Below are positions 1 through 8,734 of a DNA stretch of 27,241 nt, one piece after another. Source of the DNA: a virus (Duplodnaviria; Heunggongvirae; Uroviricota; Caudoviricetes); the IMG/VR virus record IMGVR_UViG_3300026382_000007; one strand, 5' to 3'. Position 1 is the first letter of the stretch; every line of letters starts with the position of its first letter. The notes beneath the pieces were generated by a model that was given only the letters and a program-made list of their open reading frames with translations, was not told the origin of the DNA and made no database searches. The position numbers and the translations under genes were made by a program.

Positions 1-147
1 GATCCGATTGAAGATTGTGAAGATGATATCTATGTCGAATGCAGCGATCCTGATTGTGAAGATGATATCTATGTCGAATGCAGCGATCCTGATTGTGAAG
101 ATGATATCTATGTCGAATGCAGCGATCCTGATTGTGAGGGATGCTAA
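1..147 (+). CDS. 3' end of a gene entering the window; acidic Cys-rich repeated tail (DCEDDIYVECSDP)x3 ending CEGC-stop; product unknown (C-terminal CxxC recalls ribonucleotide reductase alpha subunits)
   Basis: Frame 1 is open from base 1 to TAA at 145-147; the next ATG is at 148. Confidence 0.6.
   Translation, partial: DPIEDCEDDIYVECSDPDCEDDIYVECSDPDCEDDIYVECSDPDCEGC
13..137 (+). repeat. Perfect 39-bp tandem repeat, 3 copies plus a partial copy
   Basis: GATTGTGAAGATGATATCTATGTCGAATGCAGCGATCCT at 13-51, 52-90 and 91-129, then GATTGTGA. Confidence 0.97.
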
Positions 148-498
148 ATGTTTGGATTTGACCTAGCTTTAGAAATCCTTATAATTGGCCTGGTAATGAA
201 TATCGTGTTCATGGTTTTAACATTCATGTGGTTATTACCTCAAATAATCTCATATGACAAAGTTCGCATGGCGACTTTTATCTTAGAACTGGAAAAATTA
301 CAAGCTTATAGAAAAACGGTATATCCTAAATGGGATATCACTCTAAAACAGTTTTCATTTATGATACCGTTCTTTGCCGCATACTTACAATTTGTGAATT
401 ACTTGTACACATGGTCTCATAGAGGTCCTCTTGTTGAGAACATTATAAATCGTGAAAAAGAGCAAATTGAAGCTTACAAAGCTAAAAATAGTAAATAG
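148..498 (+). CDS. Hypothetical membrane protein
   Basis: 116 aa ORF with a hydrophobic N-terminal segment (LALEILIIGLVMNIVFMVLTFMWLL) and a second hydrophobic stretch. Confidence 0.7.
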   Translation: MFGFDLALEILIIGLVMNIVFMVLTFMWLLPQIISYDKVRMATFILELEKLQAYRKTVYPKWDITLKQFSFMIPFFAAYLQFVNYLYTWSHRGPLVENIINREKEQIEAYKAKNSK

Positions 499-550
499 TA
501 CAAGAGGCTTTGCCTCTGTATACCAGTGGAGCCACTGGACTTTATTTATA
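499..550 (+). terminator. Two adjacent hairpins followed by a T-rich tract; likely intrinsic terminator
   Basis: TACA-A-GAGGC-TTT-GCCTC-TGTA (499-520), CCAGTG-GAGC-CACTGG (523-538), then ACTTTATTT. Confidence 0.5.
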
Positions 551-568
551 TACATTTAAGGAGAGAAG

Positions 569-925
569 ATGGATTTTATGAAATATGTTGAAGAACATGA
601 TATGGATAAGCTGACAAAAAATAAGGTAACTAATAAATATGTCAAGGCGAATTTTGATGTAGCACCTCGTGAGGTTGAAAAGATTACAGTTGCTGGTCAG
701 GTTCCAGTCAATGAGATATTCATGGGTCAGACTATGCCTATTAACATTTTCCTTGGGTTCGTTCAGGGGAAATTGACTGGTGATAATGTTACTCACATTG
801 AGACTGTTCGTGCTCCGAGTGGTCCAGCATTTAGACTTCTTAATAAAGAAATGGTTGAATTATCTGAGAAAGATATGGTCTCTGGTATTAAAGAGGCTCT
901 ATTAGATCGAATTAAAGGATTCTAA
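569..925 (+). CDS. Hypothetical protein
   Basis: 118 aa ORF with AAGGAG RBS; stop overlaps the next start (TAATG). Confidence 0.75.
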   Translation: MDFMKYVEEHDMDKLTKNKVTNKYVKANFDVAPREVEKITVAGQVPVNEIFMGQTMPINIFLGFVQGKLTGDNVTHIETVRAPSGPAFRLLNKEMVELSEKDMVSGIKEALLDRIKGF

Positions 926-1488
926 TGTCAAAAGTATTCGTGATTGGTGATACACACTTTCTTCATGCTAATATCATAAAGTACACTGGAAGACCAGAGA
1001 ACTTCAACCGCCTTATGGTTGAGAACTGGAACAAAGTTGTAGGTGCTGATGATATGGTTATTCATCTTGGTGATTTTTCGGCTGGTGTCAAAGGTCGTAT
1101 AGATTTACTTGAGGGGATTGCTAACATACTGAATGGTGAAAAGATTCTCATAAGAGGGAATCACGACCATTTTTCAAATGGTAGATACACTGACCATCTT
1201 GGGTTCAAAGAGGTTTATGACTACCTAGCGATTGAAGATGTGCTTTTTACTCACTATCCGCTTGAAATTACTGAGTATTCAAAACCTCAGGAAATCAACC
1301 GTGTGAAATCCTTACAAGGGTTCATGGTGAATAACAAGCTTAAATATGTTGTCCATGGCCACACCCACCGTCGTTTGGTGGATGTTCCTGGGCATTACAA
1401 CTGTTCTGTTGAACATATAGATTATACACCGATTGAACTCGGTGAACTATTAAAAGGAGCTGTAAATGGCGAATATAAAAAACTGTGA
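925..1488 (+). CDS. Calcineurin-like metallophosphoesterase
   Basis: Motifs GDTHF, HLGDF, RGNHD, THYP, HGHTH. Confidence 0.9.
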   Translation: MSKVFVIGDTHFLHANIIKYTGRPENFNRLMVENWNKVVGADDMVIHLGDFSAGVKGRIDLLEGIANILNGEKILIRGNHDHFSNGRYTDHLGFKEVYDYLAIEDVLFTHYPLEITEYSKPQEINRVKSLQGFMVNNKLKYVVHGHTHRRLVDVPGHYNCSVEHIDYTPIELGELLKGAVNGEYKKL

Positions 1489-1732
1489 AGATTGCTACTA
1501 CTCGAGACCAGCTGTAAGCGAAGATTTCGTGTTCTGTAGCTATGTTGCTGATGTTATGGCAATTAAGGGTGTTGAGAATGGGTACGATATGAAGTTGGCT
1601 CAAGAACTCACAAAAACAATCGCATTCAGTGGTGATGTTTATGAAGCTTATATTGATACTGGTAAAGAATATCCAGTCCTGGGACCAGTTGTCACGAAAG
1701 TGTCGAATTGTAGAAAATACAAGGTCAATTAA
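1466..1732 (+). CDS. Hypothetical Cys-containing protein
   Basis: 88 aa, AAGGAG RBS, CEDC...C...C; coupled to gp47 by TAATG. Confidence 0.6.
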   Translation: MANIKNCEDCYYSRPAVSEDFVFCSYVADVMAIKGVENGYDMKLAQELTKTIAFSGDVYEAYIDTGKEYPVLGPVVTKVSNCRKYKVN

Positions 1733-2808
1733 TGAAAGTTGTCGTTCTAGGTGATTTGCACTTCGGGATGAAAGGTTTTAATGACAAATTCTTCGATAAT
1801 CAACTAAAATTCTTTACTGAACAATTATTCCCATACATGAAAAAGCATGATATCAATGAAATAATTCAGCTTGGTGATTGGCTTGATAACCGCAAAAATA
1901 TGGACATTAAGTTCTTCAATCGCATTGTGGATGAATTCCTTGAAGTATTGAAAGCTCATGGATTCAAATTTACAACTTTCCTTGGTAATCATGATATCTA
2001 CTACAATTCACGACTTGATGTGAATATGGTTAAATACTTTGAAACTTTATACCCTGACAATGTTAAGGTATATTCAACTCGTGAAAAGGTGAAATATGGC
2101 GATATGACATATATGTTCGTACCTTGGGTGACTGACAAGGGGGTTTCACTTTCTGAACTGAGAAATGTGGATGTTCTTTTTGGACACTTTGAGATCAAGA
2201 ATTTTGAAATGGTTAAGGGTCACAAAGACCAAAAATCTAGCCTTTCGACTGACTTTTTCAAGAAAGCACCATCTCTAAAGAGGGTGGTGTCTGGTCATTA
2301 CCATGTTCAGGGAAATGATGGCTTCGTAATGTATGCCGGAACTCCTTATCAACTGAATTGGGGTGATTACCAAACTGAGCGAGGCTTCTTTGTATTTGAG
2401 GGTTCTGACTATGAATTCATTGAAAATACTCAGTCCGCGAAGTACATTAAGATCAAATATGACTCAAACTCTGAAAAGATGATTGAGGTCAGTGGTGTAG
2501 AACATGCTTCTATATTTGCTGATTGTGTTGATGAACTTCATGTAGACTTGAAAACCCATAAGGTCAAATTCTTCATTAATCAAAGTGAAGACAAAAATTA
2601 TGAAAGTGTAATATTCAGGCTCAATGAACTTGGGTATGAAATGGATATTATCAATAATGTTGAAATATCCGACCTGATCGGAACCGACTTTGTCGGTGAG
2701 ATCGACAATGTCGGTGGGACTGAACTTATCCTGAGGTCAGCGAAAGACAACAAACCACACCTCGTTCCTCTTTTGAACGAAATCTTACAAGAAATTCAGC
2801 AAGATTAA
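1732..2808 (+). CDS. gp47: T4 gp47-like recombination nuclease (Mre11/SbcD family)
   Basis: GDLHFG, QLGDWLD, GNHD, GHFE, SGHYH, GTPYQLNWGD motifs; 358 aa. Confidence 0.92.
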   Translation: MKVVVLGDLHFGMKGFNDKFFDNQLKFFTEQLFPYMKKHDINEIIQLGDWLDNRKNMDIKFFNRIVDEFLEVLKAHGFKFTTFLGNHDIYYNSRLDVNMVKYFETLYPDNVKVYSTREKVKYGDMTYMFVPWVTDKGVSLSELRNVDVLFGHFEIKNFEMVKGHKDQKSSLSTDFFKKAPSLKRVVSGHYHVQGNDGFVMYAGTPYQLNWGDYQTERGFFVFEGSDYEFIENTQSAKYIKIKYDSNSEKMIEVSGVEHASIFADCVDELHVDLKTHKVKFFINQSEDKNYESVIFRLNELGYEMDIINNVEISDLIGTDFVGEIDNVGGTELILRSAKDNKPHLVPLLNEILQEIQQD

Positions 2809-2824
2809 AAGTCTTTGCTGAATC
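2794..2824 (+). terminator. Stem-loop at the end of gp47, immediately upstream of a promoter
   Basis: ATTCAGCAAGAT-TAAAA-GTCTTTGCTGAAT imperfect inverted repeat followed by a T-rich tract. Confidence 0.5.
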
Positions 2825-2833
2825 TTCATATTT

Positions 2834-2865
2834 TAAGCAAGCTCTAAGCTAACTTTAGGTATAAT
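2834..2865 (+). promoter_or_regulatory. Repeated phage promoter, copy 1
   Basis: TAAGC(2834)-N6-TAAGC(2845)-N10-TATAAT(2860), then ATAGTATAACT and AAAGG RBS. Confidence 0.85.
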
Positions 2866-2894
2866 ATAGTATAACTAAATTTAAAAGGCTTAAA

Positions 2895-3209
2895 ATGAAA
2901 ACTCCAAAATTATACAAAATCGAATCGACTCGTAGAGGTAACACTTATTCAATGGTTGGTACTCTTGCTCACTTAATACAAGCACATAGACATACTTTAG
3001 AAGTTGGTGCTTCTTGGGCTCACGAAAGTGGAAATAAGAAAATCAACCAGAATCCTAAGTCTGCTGCGACACTTGTAAAGAATCTTTATAATGCTAAAAA
3101 TAATGCTGCGGCAGACGGTTGGTCTGGTTGTACATTTGAACTTGGTGAAGTGTCAGCTGAAGAAAAGGCTAAATATTTTGCTGAGAATCCTATCGAGGAA
3201 GCTGTATAG
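2895..3209 (+). CDS. Hypothetical phage protein
   Basis: 104 aa ORF directly after promoter and RBS. Confidence 0.8.
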   Translation: MKTPKLYKIESTRRGNTYSMVGTLAHLIQAHRHTLEVGASWAHESGNKKINQNPKSAATLVKNLYNAKNNAAADGWSGCTFELGEVSAEEKAKYFAENPIEEAV

Positions 3210-3463
3210 TGACCGATTTATCCCTGAAAATAGAAGTTCTTGAGGTTTGCCTTGAAGAACTTCTTACAATGGCTGGTTACGACCTCACCATAAAATGTCA
3301 GATAGATCCGTTCGGTACAATAGCAGTTGCAAAGGCTATTTTCGAACCAGGAACAACTTTTGACATTGAGTTCAAGGAATTCAGGCCGCAAGAAATTGCC
3401 CATCAGCTTTTTGTGAAATATTACAGAACACATCATCCGGAGACTTTCCCACAATGTTGGTAG
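3209..3463 (+). CDS. Hypothetical protein
   Basis: 84 aa, GTG start overlapping the upstream TAG. Confidence 0.6.
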   Translation: MTDLSLKIEVLEVCLEELLTMAGYDLTIKCQIDPFGTIAVAKAIFEPGTTFDIEFKEFRPQEIAHQLFVKYYRTHHPETFPQCW

Positions 3464-4284
3464 ATATTATCAGTGACTTACATATTGATTTTTGGATCAA
3501 TCCTTCAAGCGGTACGAGACAAAAGCATATTGATAAATATATCAATGAAGTGCTCAAGCCTCTAGGTGGAGAAGTATTAATCGTTGCTGGAGATATCGGA
3601 CATAAAAACTTTCAGATGAAAGAAATTATGACGGCTCTGGGAGAGATTTATCCCCATGTTATCATTGTACTTGGGAATCACGATTTATATATTGAGGCAA
3701 ATGACCCGAAAAAAACTCGTAAAGATTCTGTTGATAGGCTACTCGGTATAATTAAAATTGTTGATGGAATTGATAATCTAACCATGCTTCGTGGTCAAAC
3801 AGTGGTGATTAACGGTATAAAGTTTGGCGGAAGTATGGGTTGGTACAACTTTAGTGAATTCGGGAATGAAAATCTTGGTGATGCTGAAATTCAAAAAATG
3901 TACCTTTCTAGGAGTTCTGACCCTCATTATATCAGAGGAATGACATCTACAAATATGTACGGAGATAACCGCCTTAACGGTCGTGAGATATTCCGAACTG
4001 AGATTGAAAAGATTACTGAAGTTCTGGGCCAACAGCCTCAAGTGATGATCACACATATACCACCGTGGATTTCCGATGAGAATAAAAAGCTTACTGAATT
4101 CCAAGAGGACCTGAACTATGAATATTTTGACCGCCCTGAACTTCTGAAACAAGTTCCTATTTGGGTGCATGGTCATACACATTATCCTGAGGATAAAGTC
4201 CATAATGGTTGTCGTGTTGTATCTCAGCCTCTTGGCTATAAGACTGACGAATTACGAACTTCTATTAAACAAATAGAAATTTAA
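3454..4284 (+). CDS. Calcineurin-like metallophosphoesterase
   Basis: SDLH, AGDIG, GNHD, THIPP, HGHTH motifs. Confidence 0.9.
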   Translation: MLVDIISDLHIDFWINPSSGTRQKHIDKYINEVLKPLGGEVLIVAGDIGHKNFQMKEIMTALGEIYPHVIIVLGNHDLYIEANDPKKTRKDSVDRLLGIIKIVDGIDNLTMLRGQTVVINGIKFGGSMGWYNFSEFGNENLGDAEIQKMYLSRSSDPHYIRGMTSTNMYGDNRLNGREIFRTEIEKITEVLGQQPQVMITHIPPWISDENKKLTEFQEDLNYEYFDRPELLKQVPIWVHGHTHYPEDKVHNGCRVVSQPLGYKTDELRTSIKQIEI

Positions 4285-4313
4285 GCTGGTTTTAAACTAA
4301 TGTACGGTATAAT
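4282..4313 (+). promoter_or_regulatory. Repeated phage promoter, copy 2
   Basis: TAAGC(4282)-N6-TAAAC-N10-TATAAT(4308); the first TAA is the stop codon of the upstream gene. Confidence 0.85.
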
Positions 4314-4541
4314 CTAGTACAACTAAAAAGGCTCAATAAACCGAAGAACTGATACGGGACAGAGACTGACTACTTTCAGCTCTTAAAAGAATGTACAATG
4401 GTGCTCAAATCGGTTGTTGGCTTTTTGAATACTTACGAAACAGCTTTACATGAAGGGAAATAATATGACTGCTTTACAAATAGCTAAACAAATGCCTCGT
4501 CGTAGGGGCGAAGAACCAGTATCTGGAAGAGAAGGGAAATA

Positions 4542-5780
4542 ATGAAAAATACAAAAATATATGCCGAAGTCTTAGAACAATCAGCTCTTGATCAATTTGA
4601 AGCTGCAATGGCTCTTGAGTGTAATATACAAGGAGCTCTAATGCCCGATGCCCACACTGGATATACTTTGCCCATTGGAGCGGTGATCAAGTCTTCAGGG
4701 ACTGTTTTCCCGTCATATGTAGGGTATGATATCGGATGTGGTATGTGTGCGATTAAGGTGAATATTCACAAAGAGGAATTAAATTTAGAAACTCTTAAGG
4801 AATCTATACTAAAAAGAATTCCTATTGGGTTCAATCGCCACAACACACCAAAAGTAATTCCTGATAAAATTCATGAAATGAAAATGACTTCTTTTACTAG
4901 AGGTCACTTAGACAATATTGGTACTATACAAATTGGTACTTTAGGCGGTGGGAACCACTTTATTGAAATTGGTGAAGCTGATTTCGATTCTGAGATCGAT
5001 TCTTCAGGTGAAACATGGATTGTTATACATTCAGGCTCTCGTGGTCTAGGCCATAAAATTGCTGATCACTATATGAAGCTTGCTGCAACTGATTCTCTAG
5101 ATACAGTTGAAATGGAACATGAGTTTTTTATGTCTCATCAGTCTCTTTTTGAGCATAACAAACCTCGCTATGATATTGAGATTGAGCGGTACTATGAGAA
5201 AGAAAAACTGAAATTGGCTAAGGATGTTGAGGGTCATTACGGATTTGATATCACATCTAAGAACGGATCAGACTATTTGAATGACATGGAAGTTGGTCTT
5301 GAGTTCGCTCTAGCGAACCGCAAAGCTATGATTGAGAATATCCTTGAGGCTATTTTTGAACAAACTGGTGAAAGAACTACTGGATGTCTAATCAATAGAA
5401 ACCACAACCATGCTGAAGTTTCTGAGGATGGGTTCGTAATTCATCGCAAAGGTGCTACACATGCGGATGATGGTATGCTTGGTGTAATTCCAGGAAATAT
5501 GCTTGACGGTTCGTTCATTGTATCTGGTCTTGGAAATCCTGAGTCTATGAATTCATCATCTCATGGTGCTGGTCGTGTTCTTTCTCGTAAAAAAGCAAGA
5601 GAAACTTTGTCAGTTGAAACATTCAACTCTGACATGGAAAATGTTGTTACTAATCACTCAGTAGATACTATTGACGAGTCTCCACAAGCTTATAAAAACA
5701 TTTTTGAAGTTATGAAATTGCAAAAAGATTTAGTGGAAGTTGTCGATCGTTGTAGACCTTTTTTAAATATCAAAGGATAA
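4542..5780 (+). CDS. rtcB: RtcB family RNA ligase
   Basis: MPDAH, VGYDIGCG, GTLGGGNHFIE, HSGSRG, HRKGAT, PGNM, SHGAGR, DESPQAYK motifs. Confidence 0.96.
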   Translation: MKNTKIYAEVLEQSALDQFEAAMALECNIQGALMPDAHTGYTLPIGAVIKSSGTVFPSYVGYDIGCGMCAIKVNIHKEELNLETLKESILKRIPIGFNRHNTPKVIPDKIHEMKMTSFTRGHLDNIGTIQIGTLGGGNHFIEIGEADFDSEIDSSGETWIVIHSGSRGLGHKIADHYMKLAATDSLDTVEMEHEFFMSHQSLFEHNKPRYDIEIERYYEKEKLKLAKDVEGHYGFDITSKNGSDYLNDMEVGLEFALANRKAMIENILEAIFEQTGERTTGCLINRNHNHAEVSEDGFVIHRKGATHADDGMLGVIPGNMLDGSFIVSGLGNPESMNSSSHGAGRVLSRKKARETLSVETFNSDMENVVTNHSVDTIDESPQAYKNIFEVMKLQKDLVEVVDRCRPFLNIKG

Positions 5781-5782
5781 TT

Positions 5783-6013
5783 ATGGAAACATATTCAAAA
5801 TGGGAAACATCAAGTTATTGTTCTGGCTGTGACTCTATCAATTCATATGATGGGGCATACATCACATGTGGTGTATGTGGCAACACTGGTCACTCGTTCA
5901 AACCTATGCGCAAAGTTTATATGACTGTGCCATTTTTGAAGTTCTTCAAAAGATCAAAATTGATTGCGGTAGAAGTGAAATTCTATAATAAAGTAGAAAG
6001 ATTTAAACTTTAA
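5783..6013 (+). CDS. Small zinc-ribbon-like protein
   Basis: CSGC...CGVC; AAAGGA RBS. Confidence 0.65.
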   Translation: METYSKWETSSYCSGCDSINSYDGAYITCGVCGNTGHSFKPMRKVYMTVPFLKFFKRSKLIAVEVKFYNKVERFKL

Positions 6014-6042
6014 GCAAGTCTTAAGCTAACTTACAGTATAAT
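6011..6042 (+). promoter_or_regulatory. Repeated phage promoter, copy 3
   Basis: TAAGC(6011)-N6-TAAGC(6022)-N10-TATAAT(6037); the first TAA is the upstream stop codon. Confidence 0.85.
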
Positions 6043-6069
6043 ATATTATATAAAGTAGAAAGGCTTAAA

Positions 6070-6546
6070 ATGAAATTCGTGCAATACTTAACAAGACAAA
6101 ACGGTGAGTTCGCTTACACCGAAAGAAATATAGTTGAAGTATATGATGCTGAAAAGCACAAAGATGTTGACTTTAGTGCTGATGCTGGTTGCATTATGAA
6201 CAACGATTGTTGGATGCATGTCGATAAAGTACTATATGCTATCGAGTTAATAGAAATCCCTGAGTGGATGGAACCTAAAGAATACGATGCTCTTACTTGG
6301 ATGCAATACACTCGTATTGGTGGAAATGAGGAACTTGGCAGAGAAACTTACAAAAAACTTACCGAATTTATCCTTAATGACGAAAGACTTGTAATTACTT
6401 GCCTAGTTCTTTTAAACACAAAGCGGTTTAGAAATGCATTTAGACAATCTTTAAGAGATCAAATTGTATCTTGGATCAACGGTGAGAATTCATATCCCAT
6501 ACCACTGACTCAGAAACAAAGACAATGTGTTGAAAGGAGATACTAA
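6070..6546 (+). CDS. Hypothetical protein
   Basis: 158 aa ORF after promoter and AAAGG RBS. Confidence 0.8.
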   Translation: MKFVQYLTRQNGEFAYTERNIVEVYDAEKHKDVDFSADAGCIMNNDCWMHVDKVLYAIELIEIPEWMEPKEYDALTWMQYTRIGGNEELGRETYKKLTEFILNDERLVITCLVLLNTKRFRNAFRQSLRDQIVSWINGENSYPIPLTQKQRQCVERRY

Positions 6547-6731
6547 TGACAAAGTGGGGTTTTTATATTGGTCAACGGATACAATATAAGGGGTTCAGTG
6601 GTCACAATCAAACTGCGTGGGTCGTAGATTTCACTGACAAATTTGTAGTGATCTCCGCTCATAGAGGCTCAAAGACGGATACGACCAGACGAAAACCATC
6701 TAATATACAAGGGGAAATCATTGAAAATTAA
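6546..6731 (+). CDS. Hypothetical small beta-rich protein
   Basis: 61 aa, TAATG coupling to the upstream gene. Confidence 0.6.
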   Translation: MTKWGFYIGQRIQYKGFSGHNQTAWVVDFTDKFVVISAHRGSKTDTTRRKPSNIQGEIIEN

Positions 6732-8454
6732 CTTCAAAAGAATTGGGTTTAAGAACATATTTTCATATGGGAACAAACTTACTGAATTTCATTTTGAAAA
6801 CGGTATAGATCTGGTCACTGGAAAGAATGGAAACGGTAAATCAACTTTCGTTGATGCACTGACATTCGCACTATTCGGGAAGCCTTTCCGTAAGATTAAA
6901 ATTGGAAACCTCATTAACAATAAGAACAACAAAGACCTTTGGGTTGAGGTTGAATTTGATGTTAATGGGAAAGACTTCAAGATTGTCAGAGGGCAAAAGC
7001 CTCAGATATTTGATATATATAAGATGGAGGGTGACGAATTCGTGAAGATGGAAGCACACTCAACTATCAAAGACCATCAAAAGTTCCTTGAAGACAATAT
7101 CTTACAATTCGGTGAATCTGTTTTTAGACAGCTCATCGCACTTGGTGCAAATCTCAGTTCATCGAGATCATTTATGGATCTCACAAAAGCTGAGAAAGAA
7201 GAAGTGCTCCAAGTCATAACTGACACGGCGATCTTTAATTCAATTAAAGAGAAAACTCGTGAACGAAAGTTGAGGCTCAAAACACAAGAAACTGACTTTG
7301 CTTATCAATCAAAGGTTCTCAAACAAAGCTTGGCTTCATCTAAGATTAATATCAAACAGATGGAACAGCAAAATACTGAATTCAGGACTAACAAAGACCG
7401 TGTCATTTTAGATATTGAGGCTGAGTTAGCACTGAAGCGGGAGAAAATACCACAGTATGTTTCGGCACTTAAAAAGTTAGATTTGATTAAGACCGAGCAC
7501 CACAAATTGGTTCGTAAGCTAGAACCGATCGAAGAAGCAACCGCTGAACTTGAGTCACAAAAGCGGGACTTAGAAGCTGATGCGAGGGCTTATGTCAAAA
7601 ATGAAAAAGACAAAATTGTGTGCCCTAAATGTTCTTTTGAAATGAAGAAAGATATGGGGTTCAGTGTCGACGAACTTAAAGATCAACTTAGACACCTCAG
7701 CACTAGAATCGCCGATATGAGCAGTGTAATTCTACCGCTTAGAAACGACATAGAAGCTATGAGGGTTCAACTGACAAACCAAAGTCGTATTGAGGCGAAC
7801 TCAAAGGCGATTAAACTTGAAATCAAGACACTTGAAACTCGTCTAGAAGAAACAAATGCATGGGTTGAGATTGACATCAACTACACTGAATTTGAAAAGA
7901 CTAGGCGAGATTATGACACTGTCAATGAAAGGCTTATAAAAGTCCGTGGGGATATTACTGACTTGGCAGACATAGAAAGTATGGTATCTGATAAGAACCT
8001 CAAGGGGATTATTCTTAATCAGCAACTACCATTCCTTAATAGGTTTATCAATGAGTTTTTAGAACTATTTGAATCAAAGTTCAACTTTGTGATTGATGAG
8101 GAGTTTCATGAAACTATCATCAGCAGAGGCTCCGATAATGAGTTCAACTCACTGTCAAACGGTCAAAAGCAACGGATCACAATGTCAATTTTATTTGCAT
8201 TTCTAAAGCTTATCGAAGAACGGAATGGTGTTAGTACAAATCTGTTAATCCTTGATGAATATCTTGACTCAAGCCTTGACATTGATGGGATTAACGAGAC
8301 ACTGAGAATACTTGATGAAGTATTTAGTGAGACTAAGGATGTGGTGTTAATATCACACAATCCTGACATTAAGAATAGATTTGAACTACTAAATCGTTCT
8401 TACAAAACAACTATGGTAGATGGGTTCAGCTCGTTTGACATAGAAAGCACTTAG
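6721..8454 (+). CDS. gp46: T4 gp46-like recombination ATPase (Rad50/SbcC family)
   Basis: Walker A GKNGNGKS, coiled coil with CPKC zinc hook, signature LSNGQ, Walker B LLILDE, D-loop SSLD, H-loop ISH; TTG start. Confidence 0.94.
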   Translation: MKINFKRIGFKNIFSYGNKLTEFHFENGIDLVTGKNGNGKSTFVDALTFALFGKPFRKIKIGNLINNKNNKDLWVEVEFDVNGKDFKIVRGQKPQIFDIYKMEGDEFVKMEAHSTIKDHQKFLEDNILQFGESVFRQLIALGANLSSSRSFMDLTKAEKEEVLQVITDTAIFNSIKEKTRERKLRLKTQETDFAYQSKVLKQSLASSKINIKQMEQQNTEFRTNKDRVILDIEAELALKREKIPQYVSALKKLDLIKTEHHKLVRKLEPIEEATAELESQKRDLEADARAYVKNEKDKIVCPKCSFEMKKDMGFSVDELKDQLRHLSTRIADMSSVILPLRNDIEAMRVQLTNQSRIEANSKAIKLEIKTLETRLEETNAWVEIDINYTEFEKTRRDYDTVNERLIKVRGDITDLADIESMVSDKNLKGIILNQQLPFLNRFINEFLELFESKFNFVIDEEFHETIISRGSDNEFNSLSNGQKQRITMSILFAFLKLIEERNGVSTNLLILDEYLDSSLDIDGINETLRILDEVFSETKDVVLISHNPDIKNRFELLNRSYKTTMVDGFSSFDIEST

Positions 8455-8462
8455 GAGATAAG

Positions 8463-8717
8463 ATGGCATACGAAACAAGAGGCTCAACAGCTTTTAAAAA
8501 AGTTCAAGAGTTCAAAAGAGAAAATAAGGTCACGGAACATTCGATGATGCAGTTGATCTTACTATACTGTGAAAAGAAAGAGTTAGATCCTATTGAATTC
8601 GGTGAAGAACTGAAGAGGGACAAAAACTTCCGTGAGATGTTCAAAGCTGATTTGATGCACCACAATGAAGCGAAATTCATTGACACTGAAAAGCAAGCAG
8701 TGAGTGAGTGGGAATAA
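8463..8717 (+). CDS. gp33: Probable gp33-like late transcription coactivator
   Basis: 84 aa with SMMQLILLYCEKKELDP pattern resembling gp33 homologues; directly upstream of the gp59-like gene as in T4. Confidence 0.6.
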   Translation: MAYETRGSTAFKKVQEFKRENKVTEHSMMQLILLYCEKKELDPIEFGEELKRDKNFREMFKADLMHHNEAKFIDTEKQAVSEWE

Positions 8718-8734
8718 AATAAAAAGGTAAAAAT

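Noticed and set aside
13-137. CRISPR array
   Set aside because: The units are contiguous and identical with no unique spacers, and the 39-bp length preserves the reading frame
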